Source: Candidatus Hydrogenedentota bacterium
Lineage (GTDB): Bacteria; Hydrogenedentota; Hydrogenedentia; Hydrogenedentales; SLHB01
Direction of reading: 5' to 3'
Length of the DNA: 64,000 nucleotides
Assembly: GCA_963674865.2 (NCBI GenBank)
Contig: CAXXYE010000009.1
Location: 1,344,001-1,408,000, forward strand
Shown: positions 1-7,769 of the stretch, piece after piece
How positions within the stretch are numbered: position 1 is the first letter of the stretch
Layout: each line of letters starts with the position of its first letter
Notes under the pieces: generated by a model
What the model was told of the DNA's origin: nothing
The model's input: the letters and a program-made list of their open reading frames with translations, nothing else
Databases searched by the model: none
Position numbers and translations under genes: made by a program

Positions 1-971
1 TTGGTACGAGTCCGGCCATCGAAGAGGTCCGGAACATGGTTCGCCGCGTGGCCATGCTGCCAAGCACCGTCGCCATTCACGGCGAAAGCGGGACGGGGAA
101 GGAACTGGTGGCCCGGGCGATTCACCAGTTAAGCCCGCGGGCGGAGAAGCCATTTGTCGCGATTAACTGCGGCGGGGTGCCCGAGAACCTGCTCGAAAGC
201 GAACTTTTCGGCCACAAGAAGGGGGCGTTCACCGGGGCCGTCGACGACAAGGAGGGCCTGTTCACCGTGGCGGACGGAGGGTCCCTCTTCCTGGACGAAA
301 TTGGAGAGATGCCGCTCGCGCTTCAGGTGAAGCTTCTGCGCGTATTGGACAATAGCGTCGTCACGCCCATCGGAGGTACAACAGGTGTGACAGTGGACGT
401 CCGGATCATCTCTGCGACCAACCGCAACCTGGAGGCCATGGTCGACCAGAGCGCTTTCCGAAAAGACCTGTTCTATCGGTTGAATGTCATCCCCATCATT
501 GTGCCGCCGCTGCGCGAGAGGGCGGACGATATCCCGCTGCTGGCGCGGCACTTTGTGCGAAGGCACGGCGAGAAACTCGGCCGAGGTAACCTGAAGATCT
601 CGCCGGAGTCCGAAGCCCATCTGCGCAATTTCGACTGGCCGGGCAACGTGCGTGAACTCGAAAACGTCCTAGAGCGTGCTGTGGCTCTGTGCGACGCGGA
701 TACGGTTCAGGTCACCGACCTGCCGCAGAACGTTCGCGATCATGTGGCCCTGCCTGCGAAGGATATCACGCAACTGCCGGCGGGGGGAGTAGACCTTGAG
801 GCGCTGATCGCCGAGATCGAGACGGGACTCATCGAACAAGCACTTCAGAATAGCCGCTATTCTCAGAAACGCGCCGCCGAAATGTTGGGCTTGACCACGC
901 GTTCGCTACGCTATCGTTTGCAGAAGCACGGAATCGACAAAGGAGACGATTCGACGAACGATGACGAGTGA
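1..971 (+). CDS. Sigma54-dependent transcriptional activator (PilR/NtrC-like), 5' truncated by window edge
   Basis: Frame is open from the window start ([12 protein letters not shown]...). Walker [40 protein letters not shown]-terminal Fis HTH ([16 protein letters not shown]). Confidence 0.93.
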   Translation, partial: GTSPAIEEVRNMVRRVAMLPSTVAIHGESGTGKELVARAIHQLSPRAEKPFVAINCGGVPENLLESELFGHKKGAFTGAVDDKEGLFTVADGGSLFLDEIGEMPLALQVKLLRVLDNSVVTPIGGTTGVTVDVRIISATNRNLEAMVDQSAFRKDLFYRLNVIPIIVPPLRERADDIPLLARHFVRRHGEKLGRGNLKISPESEAHLRNFDWPGNVRELENVLERAVALCDADTVQVTDLPQNVRDHVALPAKDITQLPAGGVDLEALIAEIETGLIEQALQNSRYSQKRAAEMLGLTTRSLRYRLQKHGIDKGDDSTNDDE

Positions 972-1020
972 CGCACGGCTACCTATGCGAGAAGAGCGTG
1001 TGTTTGCCCGAAATGGGAAG

Positions 1021-1821
1021 TTACCGGCGGCGCAGCGCCTCCTCATACTCTTCGGAGACTACCAGCTTATCGCCTAAGGCGTCGGCTAGCGGGTCGAACG
1101 TCTCCGGGCCGAAGCCCAGATGCAGCCGACGTCGCCACCCTTCCGCGTATTGGAATTTCCCGGACATTCGCCCCATCTCGCGGGACATTTCCTCCATCGT
1201 GATGAGGTAGCTGTCGAGTCCCTGGCTCACGTCGAGCCATTCTTTCTGACTCGTGTGGCTGGCGAGGGCGGCGCGCTTCGTTTGCATCACCCCCGAGATA
1301 TCCACGTACTGCCCCGCACTGATGGCGCGGCGCAGAGGATCGTGCAAGCCCCAGGGAAGGGCATGGTAGACAGCCACATCAGTGGAAATTGGCTCGCGCG
1401 GCGGGTCGGAGAAGAAGTTTCTCATTCCTCGGCAGAAGGTTGCGGTGACGGCGAGGCGTCCGGCATTGACATGATCTTCCATATAGTCGTGGGGAGAGGC
1501 CGTAAGGAGAATCGAAGGCGCAACATCGCGCACAACGGCGCACACCCGGCGCACAAGCGCGCTTGTGTAGTAGACCTCGAGATCATCCACGAGGGGGGCG
1601 TGGAAGATTGCGCCGAGGGTCTCGGCCGCTGTCCGGGCCTCTTCCGTGCGCCTTGCAATGATGGCGTCCGGGGCCTCCGATGCGGTTCCGCACGAGCCGT
1701 TTGCTATATTGAGCAGATGGGTTTCGTAACCGGCCTGCCTAAGAAGGACCAAAGTGCCCCCCATCATGAATTCAATATCGTCTGGATGGGAATGGACAGC
1801 CAGAGCCACTTTCGCGGACAT
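1021..1821 (-). CDS. PIG-L/LmbE family N-acetyl-sugar deacetylase
   Basis: HSHPDDIE metal motif, R..EA..AA..LGA segment and downstream EDH motif; start taken at ATG 1821 (MSAKVALAV). Confidence 0.88.
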   Translation of the reverse strand: MSAKVALAVHSHPDDIEFMMGGTLVLLRQAGYETHLLNIANGSCGTASEAPDAIIARRTEEARTAAETLGAIFHAPLVDDLEVYYTSALVRRVCAVVRDVAPSILLTASPHDYMEDHVNAGRLAVTATFCRGMRNFFSDPPREPISTDVAVYHALPWGLHDPLRRAISAGQYVDISGVMQTKRAALASHTSQKEWLDVSQGLDSYLITMEEMSREMGRMSGKFQYAEGWRRRLHLGFGPETFDPLADALGDKLVVSEEYEEALRRR

Positions 1822-1885
1822 GCGTCTTCTTCCTTGTGCTTCCAACGTCCGGGCAATATGACGCGGGACGATCTGCTATGGTTGG

Positions 1886-2650
1886 TTACTCTCTCGGCCC
1901 CATCATCGCGCCCATCTGGCTCATATCCATGACCGTCACGCCCGCCGGCGGCGTGTAGACAAAGCGCGAAGGCTCGATGGCCGGGTTGATTTTGATGTTC
2001 TTCATCGTCTGGGTCATGACGGCCTTTCCCGCCTTGTCGAACATGGTTGTTTGCAGCGTCATACCTGTCTTTTTGTCAAGATACACCCGCATCTTGCCGA
2101 GTCCGGCCGGCGACGCCTTATCTGAGTCGGCTTTCGGCGTCATGTCGAGCACGTAGGCGTCTCGGCCGTTTACCTGCTCTTCCGGCGCAACGGTGATGTC
2201 GAAGGTCTTACGCATCTGCTCGAACATGGCTTTAGGGCCGAGAGGGGTCATGCCGCCCTGATTGACTTGGAGTTCGTCGAGCTTCATTTTCATGGCCATA
2301 GTCTGGCCCATCATCTCCGTCTGCGTGTAGAGGAAGTCGCCGTCGAACACGGAGAGGATCTTCTGCTCCATGGGCTGCGGGCCCGCCTGCATCGTGGTCG
2401 TCATCTCCATCCGGAAACGCGCCGCCCCGTCCTTGTTGAGGGCTTCCATTTTGCCCGAGCCCTTTGAGTTTACGGCACGCGGCCCTTCGCCCATCGTCAT
2501 GTCCATATCGAAGTCGGCTGTGGTCGTGGTTACCTTCTCACTCGCGGCCAGGACCTTCTGTTCAATGGACTCGAGGCTTTCGGCGGCGGCGAGAGAGGCG
2601 GCGAATGCAAGAACCAAGGTCAGCGCAATCTTCGCAGCGTGTTTGGGCAT
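1886..2650 (-). CDS. Secreted LolA-like (outer-membrane lipoprotein carrier fold) protein
   Basis: Signal peptide (MPKHAAKIALTLVLAFAASLAAA); VFDG.FLY, YVLDMTPK, KMRVYLDKKTG and terminal INPAI...RFVYTPPAGVTV are typical of the LolA fold. Confidence 0.75.
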   Translation of the reverse strand: MPKHAAKIALTLVLAFAASLAAAESLESIEQKVLAASEKVTTTTADFDMDMTMGEGPRAVNSKGSGKMEALNKDGAARFRMEMTTTMQAGPQPMEQKILSVFDGDFLYTQTEMMGQTMAMKMKLDELQVNQGGMTPLGPKAMFEQMRKTFDITVAPEEQVNGRDAYVLDMTPKADSDKASPAGLGKMRVYLDKKTGMTLQTTMFDKAGKAVMTQTMKNIKINPAIEPSRFVYTPPAGVTVMDMSQMGAMMGPRE

Positions 2651-2885
2651 TATCGTATCTCCTTGTGCCGGCGGTGCTCCCACCGTGCAGTCTACTCTAG
2701 GCCCGGGCTTGTCCCGGCCAACAGCGTTGCAGAGTCTAGCATGTTTCGGCGATGGCCGTACAGGGGGGATAGGAACCGCAATTGGCAACCTGGCCACCCG
2801 GGGGGGAATGCCTCAGGATCGGTTCATGTTCTTTTGAGGTAAGGTATTAGTATCATTGATGCGCGTGGCAACGGAGGGCGGTATC

Positions 2886-3107
2886 ATGACGGTAGAGCGA
2901 GGCTTGCGGCTGATGGCCGGGACAGTCGTCCTGTTCAGTCTTGCGCTGGCTCATTGGATGAGCCCATACTGGCTATGGCTGACGGCCTTTGTGGGACTGA
3001 ACCTGTTTCAGTCGGGCTTGACGGACTGGTGTCCGGCCGTCTGGATATTGCAGAAGGTGGGACTTTCCCGGTGCGCGAAGTCGGCGGCCGGCGACGCGGA
3101 CGGGTGA
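2886..3107 (+). CDS. DUF2892 / YgaP-like small membrane protein
   Basis: MTVERGLRLMAG...WLWLTAFVGLNLFQSGLTDWCP signature; GGAGG RBS upstream. Confidence 0.88.
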   Translation: MTVERGLRLMAGTVVLFSLALAHWMSPYWLWLTAFVGLNLFQSGLTDWCPAVWILQKVGLSRCAKSAAGDADG

Positions 3108-3284
3108 GGGGGCGGGCGCAGAGAGCTACGTGTCAGATATTCAGGCTGGGCGCGTTCGGTATCAAGGCCGCCACAGCCAAACACGGGGGCGGCGTCAAGT
3201 CCTCATGATAAAGTAGTGAATATGTGCACACGCTATGGAGGACATGGTTGATGCCGGACCCTTGTACCGTGGTATGTTCCAAAG

Positions 3285-4703
3285 ATGCCTGAGACTCATC
3301 TCGGACAAGATCCTCTTGAGCTGGCGATTCTCCTGGACACCATGGCCGAGGGACTCTACGTGGTGGACCTCGACGGCGTCATCCAGCGCTGGAATAGGTC
3401 GATGGAGAGGATCTCCGGCTACACGGCCGCGGAAGCTATTGGGCAGCGATGCAGCTTCCTCGACAGCGAGGCGTGTCCTGATAATCCTGTCCCGCCCACC
3501 GAGTGCCCGTTATTCCGGCATGGCCGCCTCGATAACGTCGAAACGACCATCCGCTGCAAGGATGGACGGCGCCGGCCCATCAGCAAAAGCGCGCGTGTGC
3601 TGAAGAACGCAGCGGGCCAGGTGGTGGGGAGCGTCGAGACTCTCACGGATATGTCCTCGATGCGGCGTTTGGAAAACGAGGTATCGCGCCTGCTCGAAGA
3701 GGTCGAGGAGCGCTTCGAATTCCACAACATCATCGGTAAGAGCCTTGGGATGCGCGAAGTTTTTGAGCTGATCGGGCTCGCCGCCGCGTCTCAGGCCACG
3801 GCGCTTATCCACGGCGAAACGGGTACCGGCAAGGAACTGGTGGCAAAGGCAATCCACTACCATAGCAGCCGCAAGGACGGCCCGTTGGTCACGGTGAACT
3901 GCTCGGCCCTCTCCGAGTCCCTGCTGGAGAGCGAGTTATTCGGACACGTGGAAGGCGCTTTCACGGGGGGAATCCGCGATCATGTGGGCCGTTTCGAGCG
4001 GGCGGATGGCGGCACCGTCTTTCTCGATGAAGTGGGGGAGATTCCCCCAAGCATCCAGGTGAAGCTGCTGCGCGTTCTCCAGGAACGGGAGTTTGAGCGT
4101 GTAGGCGAATCGACGCCCCGCCGTGTGGATGTGCGCGTCATCGCCGCAACCCATCGAGATCTGCGGGAGCGAGTCCGCGAAGGGGCCTTCCGTGAGGATC
4201 TGTTCTACCGCCTTAACGTGTTCAGGATATCCCTTCCGCCTCTTCGTGAGCGGAAAGAGGATATTGAGCCGCTTATCGCCCATTTTGTCCGGAAATTCAG
4301 CGAAACCACGGGAAAACACATCGAACGGCTCACGCCGGACGCGATGCGCATCGTGATGGAGTACTGCTGGCCGGGGAATGTTCGCGAACTCGAACACGCC
4401 ATCGAGCATGCCTTCGTTGTGTGCTCCGGGCCCGAAATCGGCCCCTTTGACCTGCCCGTTGAGATTCGGCGTTTCGACCTGCAGCAGGCGATATGCCGGG
4501 ACAATCTGCGGGCGGACGAGGTATCTGTCGGCCGCACGTCCACTGCCGGCCGAGCCAAGCCGGCCACGCGCGAGGCCCTTCTCAATGTCCTGAAGGAATG
4601 TGACTGGAACAAGGCGGAGGCGGCGCGGCGCCTGGGCATCACGCGCACATCGATCTGGAGACGGATGAAACGCCTCGGAATTCCCCTCGAACCACCTCAA
4701 TAG
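3285..4703 (+). CDS. PAS-domain sigma54-dependent transcriptional activator (bEBP)
   Basis: N-terminal PAS ([16 protein letters not shown]...GYTAAEAIG) with a Cys cluster; [33 protein letters not shown] ([22 protein letters not shown]). Confidence 0.93.
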   Translation: MPETHLGQDPLELAILLDTMAEGLYVVDLDGVIQRWNRSMERISGYTAAEAIGQRCSFLDSEACPDNPVPPTECPLFRHGRLDNVETTIRCKDGRRRPISKSARVLKNAAGQVVGSVETLTDMSSMRRLENEVSRLLEEVEERFEFHNIIGKSLGMREVFELIGLAAASQATALIHGETGTGKELVAKAIHYHSSRKDGPLVTVNCSALSESLLESELFGHVEGAFTGGIRDHVGRFERADGGTVFLDEVGEIPPSIQVKLLRVLQEREFERVGESTPRRVDVRVIAATHRDLRERVREGAFREDLFYRLNVFRISLPPLRERKEDIEPLIAHFVRKFSETTGKHIERLTPDAMRIVMEYCWPGNVRELEHAIEHAFVVCSGPEIGPFDLPVEIRRFDLQQAICRDNLRADEVSVGRTSTAGRAKPATREALLNVLKECDWNKAEAARRLGITRTSIWRRMKRLGIPLEPPQ

Positions 4704-4725
4704 ACCCCTTTTCGCCCCTGCCCCA

Positions 4726-4751
4726 CATGTAACGTTTCGCAACGTTACATG
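4726..4751. promoter_or_regulatory. Perfect inverted repeat; candidate upstream activator site for the adjacent bEBP
   Basis: CATGTAACGTT-tcgc-AACGTTACATG, about 95-120 bp upstream of the -24 box; no U-tract follows, so less likely an intrinsic terminator. Confidence 0.65.
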
Positions 4752-4803
4752 AAACGCCGCCCGCTTTGGGGGCTCGTTCCCGTACTTTTTCTAAGGGTTT
4801 GTA

Positions 4804-4816
4804 TATCATTAGCTTA
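4804..4816 (+). promoter_or_regulatory. Putative IHF-like binding site
   Basis: TATCATTAGCTTA is one mismatch from WATCARNNNNTTR, has a T-rich 5' flank, and lies between the palindrome and the sigma54 promoter. Confidence 0.4.
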
Positions 4817-4842
4817 CGCCTCAACTTCGCGTTGCGAAGTCT

Positions 4843-4859
4843 TTGGCATGGATCGTGCT
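4843..4859 (+). promoter_or_regulatory. Sigma54 (-24/-12) promoter
   Basis: TTGGCATGGATCGTGCT: GG at 4845-46 and GC at 4857-58 with exactly 10 nt between; directly upstream of the thioredoxin gene and downstream of a bEBP gene. Confidence 0.8.
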
Positions 4860-4918
4860 TCTTGTAAGCGGCTGTGCTTGAAACGGGTTCTATGGGAAGA
4901 CAAGGAAAGGTGACGGTC

Positions 4919-5251
4919 ATGAACGCAACAATGGACGAAGTGACGGCCGAGACATTCTCGGACGCTATCTCAACGGGCGTTGTACTAGTCGATTTCTGGG
5001 CGCCGTGGTGTTCCCCGTGCCTGATGCAGGGCCGCATTCTGGAATCCCTGGCCCCGAACGTGTCGGGAAAGGCAAAGGTAGTGAAAGCCAATATCGATGC
5101 CAATCCTGGAGCAGCCAGGCAGCTTGGCGTGGAGGCCATTCCGACGCTCGTCTTGTTCAAGAATGGCGTTGAGGTGCAGCGTTTCGTGGGCGTGCAATCC
5201 GAGGCCACCTTGCGTTCGGCTTTGGAGTCGCATGCGGGGGACGAGGTATGA
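4919..5251 (+). CDS. Thioredoxin
   Basis: VLVDFWAPWCSPC and AIPTLVLFKNG; stop overlaps the next start (ATGA). Confidence 0.92.
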   Translation: MNATMDEVTAETFSDAISTGVVLVDFWAPWCSPCLMQGRILESLAPNVSGKAKVVKANIDANPGAARQLGVEAIPTLVLFKNGVEVQRFVGVQSEATLRSALESHAGDEV

Positions 5252-6927
5252 ACGGCGCTCTCAAGGTAGTCGTAATCGGCGGCGTCGCAGCCGGCCCCAA
5301 GGCCGCTTCGAGAATCATCCGCTTGCGGCCTGATGCGGACGTAACCATCATCGAGCGTGGCGAGTTTCTTTCCTATGCCGGTTGCGGCTTGCCCTACTAC
5401 GTCTCGGGCGTGGTCAAGGAGCAGAGAGAACTGATGTCTACTCCGGTGGGGGTAGTCCGCGACCCGGCCTTCTTCCAGAAGGTCAAGAACGTGCACGTTC
5501 GCAATCATTGTGAAGCCGTCGAGATCGACCGCGCCGGCAAACGAGTATCCGTGAAGGATGTGCGCGACGGCGCCGTGTCGTGGGTCGACTATGATCAACT
5601 GATCCTGGCTACGGGCGCCGAACCGGTGAAGCCCCCGCTGCCCGGCGCGGACAAGGAGAATATCTACACGCTCCACGGAGTCCACGACGCGGAAGGGATC
5701 AAGCATCTTCTCGCCAAGGATAAGGCCTCAGACGTTGTGGTCGTCGGGGGCGGGCTCATCGGTGTCGAGGTTACTGAGGCGCTGGTATCCAAGGGATGCC
5801 GCGTTACCATCGTGGAGATGCTTCCGCACATTCTCACTATGCTTGACGCGGATATGGCCGCCCTTGTCGAGCGCCATCTCGAATCCCACGGAGTGAGAAT
5901 CCTGACGGGTACGACGGTGAAGTCTTTCGAAGGGGATGATTGTGTGACGGGGGTGGCCACGGACAAAGGAGCGCTCCCCGCCGATCTCGTGATTCTTGCC
6001 GTGGGCGTGCGCCCGAACGCCGCTCTGGCACGAGCCGCGGGACTTGACATCGGCGCCACCAAGGCTATCAAGGTCGATAGCCGGATGCGCACAAGCGATC
6101 CAGATATCTACGCCGTGGGCGACTGCGCGGAATCAATGGACCTCGTTACCGGCGAGGCCTGCTATGTCCCGCTCGGCTCAACGGCCAATAAGCAGGGACG
6201 GGTTGCCGCCAATACCATCTGTGGACGCGATGACGCCTTCCCCGGCGTGTTGGGCTCGTCCATCTGCAAGGTTTTTGACTTTGCTGTTGGGAGAACGGGC
6301 CTGACGGAAGCGGCCGCACGGCGCATCGGTTACGACGTCATCACAGCACTGGCGCCAGCCCCCGACAAGGCTCACTTCATGCCCGAAGCTAGGCCGCTGC
6401 TGCTTAAACTTGTCGTTGACAAGGCTACGGGCCGGCTGCTCGGCGCGCAGGCCACGGGCCCGGGCGATGCGGACAAGCGGATCGACGTGGCCGCCATGGC
6501 CATCACGACGGGCATGACGGTGGATCAATTGGCCCAAGCCGATCTGTGCTATGCGCCGCCTTATGCCCCGGCCATGGACAACATCATCACGGCGGCGAAC
6601 GTTGCTCGAAACAAGATCAGCGGCGACATGGCGGGCGTGACGGCGGCGCAGGTGAAGGGCATGCTCGATGCTGAAGAGGACTTCGTTCTTCTCGATGTCC
6701 GCTCCCAGGGGGAGTACGAGCAGATGCGCCTGCCCGGTAGCACTCTGGTGCCGTTGGGCGTCCTGAGGCAAAGGCTCGACGAACTGCCCAGGAACAAGCC
6801 GATTGTCGCATTCTGCAAGATATCGCTTCGCGGATACGAGGCCGCATTGATACTCAAGCACGCCGGCTTCAAAGACGTCCTTGTGTTGGACGGCGGCATC
6901 GTGATGTGGCCGTACGAGAAGGAATGA
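5248..6927 (+). CDS. CoA-disulfide/persulfide reductase with C-terminal rhodanese domain (CoADR-RHD / Npsr-like)
   Basis: GGVAAG FAD motif, SYAGCGLPY redox Cys, GGGLIG NAD(P)H motif, YAPPY motif; rhodanese LLDVR...FCKISLRG...LDGG. Confidence 0.92.
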   Translation: MNGALKVVVIGGVAAGPKAASRIIRLRPDADVTIIERGEFLSYAGCGLPYYVSGVVKEQRELMSTPVGVVRDPAFFQKVKNVHVRNHCEAVEIDRAGKRVSVKDVRDGAVSWVDYDQLILATGAEPVKPPLPGADKENIYTLHGVHDAEGIKHLLAKDKASDVVVVGGGLIGVEVTEALVSKGCRVTIVEMLPHILTMLDADMAALVERHLESHGVRILTGTTVKSFEGDDCVTGVATDKGALPADLVILAVGVRPNAALARAAGLDIGATKAIKVDSRMRTSDPDIYAVGDCAESMDLVTGEACYVPLGSTANKQGRVAANTICGRDDAFPGVLGSSICKVFDFAVGRTGLTEAAARRIGYDVITALAPAPDKAHFMPEARPLLLKLVVDKATGRLLGAQATGPGDADKRIDVAAMAITTGMTVDQLAQADLCYAPPYAPAMDNIITAANVARNKISGDMAGVTAAQVKGMLDAEEDFVLLDVRSQGEYEQMRLPGSTLVPLGVLRQRLDELPRNKPIVAFCKISLRGYEAALILKHAGFKDVLVLDGGIVMWPYEKE

Positions 6928-6950
6928 GGTTTAGAAGAAAGGAATGCGGC

Positions 6951-7172
6951 ATGCCGATATTCGCATATGAATGTGAGAAGTGTCAGGAGACTTTTGAGGT
7001 GCTCGAACGGGCCGGGGCGGAAGGCTCGCACGCTTGTCCCCGGTGCGGCGGCAAGCAAACGAGGCGTCTTGTGTCGAGGTTTGCCGCGCACGTCAGCGCC
7101 GGGCAGGGCGCCTGTGCTTCAGGGGAATGTTTCACGTCGGGATGTTGTCCGGGCGGCTCATGCACGCTTTAG
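6951..7172 (+). CDS. FmdB-family zinc-ribbon protein with Cys-rich tail
   Basis: MPIFAYECEKC...FE...CPRCG...RRLVSRF signature; tail CASGECFTSGCCPGGSC. Confidence 0.88.
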   Translation: MPIFAYECEKCQETFEVLERAGAEGSHACPRCGGKQTRRLVSRFAAHVSAGQGACASGECFTSGCCPGGSCTL

Positions 7173-7229
7173 GTAGCAGGGCTTAAGAACTGTCTGCAAT
7201 TCCAACGAATGAGTAAGGAGAAGAGGAAT

Positions 7230-7718
7230 ATGTCTAAGCTGAAACCGATGTTGGCTTCAGGTCTGTTGGGTTTTGCGCTGGGAATGGGCGCGTTGGCCTT
7301 GGTTGCCTACCTCATCATGCCGGGCATGATGATCGTCACTAAGGAATGTAAGATGGGGGTGGATGAAACCGTCGCGGCCCTCGAGGAATCTATCGGCGCA
7401 AACGGATGGGTGGTATCGGGCGTGATGGACATGAACCAGTCGCTTGCCAAGCACGGCGTGGATTTCGCGCCCAAGGTCAAGTTGGTGAAACTTTGCAAGG
7501 CACAATATGCGCAGAGCGTGTTGTCCACCGATCGGCATGTCGCGTGCCTGATGCCATGTTCCATGGCCGTTTGGGAAGGCGATGACGGCAAAGTATACTT
7601 ATCGGAGATGAATATGGGCCTTATGGCGAAGATGTTTGGCGGCAACATCGCCAAGATCATGGGCGGCGCCGTCGTTAGCGATGAAGAGGCGATGCTCGAG
7701 GGGCTCGTGGTAGAGTAG
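7230..7718 (+). CDS. Membrane-anchored DUF302-domain protein
   Basis: N-terminal TM helix; VDETVAALEESI..NGW.V, LVKLC...A, LMPCSMAVWE..DGKVY pattern. Alternative start at 7209. Confidence 0.8.
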   Translation: MSKLKPMLASGLLGFALGMGALALVAYLIMPGMMIVTKECKMGVDETVAALEESIGANGWVVSGVMDMNQSLAKHGVDFAPKVKLVKLCKAQYAQSVLSTDRHVACLMPCSMAVWEGDDGKVYLSEMNMGLMAKMFGGNIAKIMGGAVVSDEEAMLEGLVVE

Positions 7719-7769
7719 TTCGCGAACGCAATGCGCGTTCCTTCTGTATAGAAAGAAAGGGCATTTCTA

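Noticed and set aside
4919..7718. Selenocysteine read-through in the redox genes
   Set aside because: Catalytic positions use TGT/TGC, and the TGA codons fall at natural domain ends.
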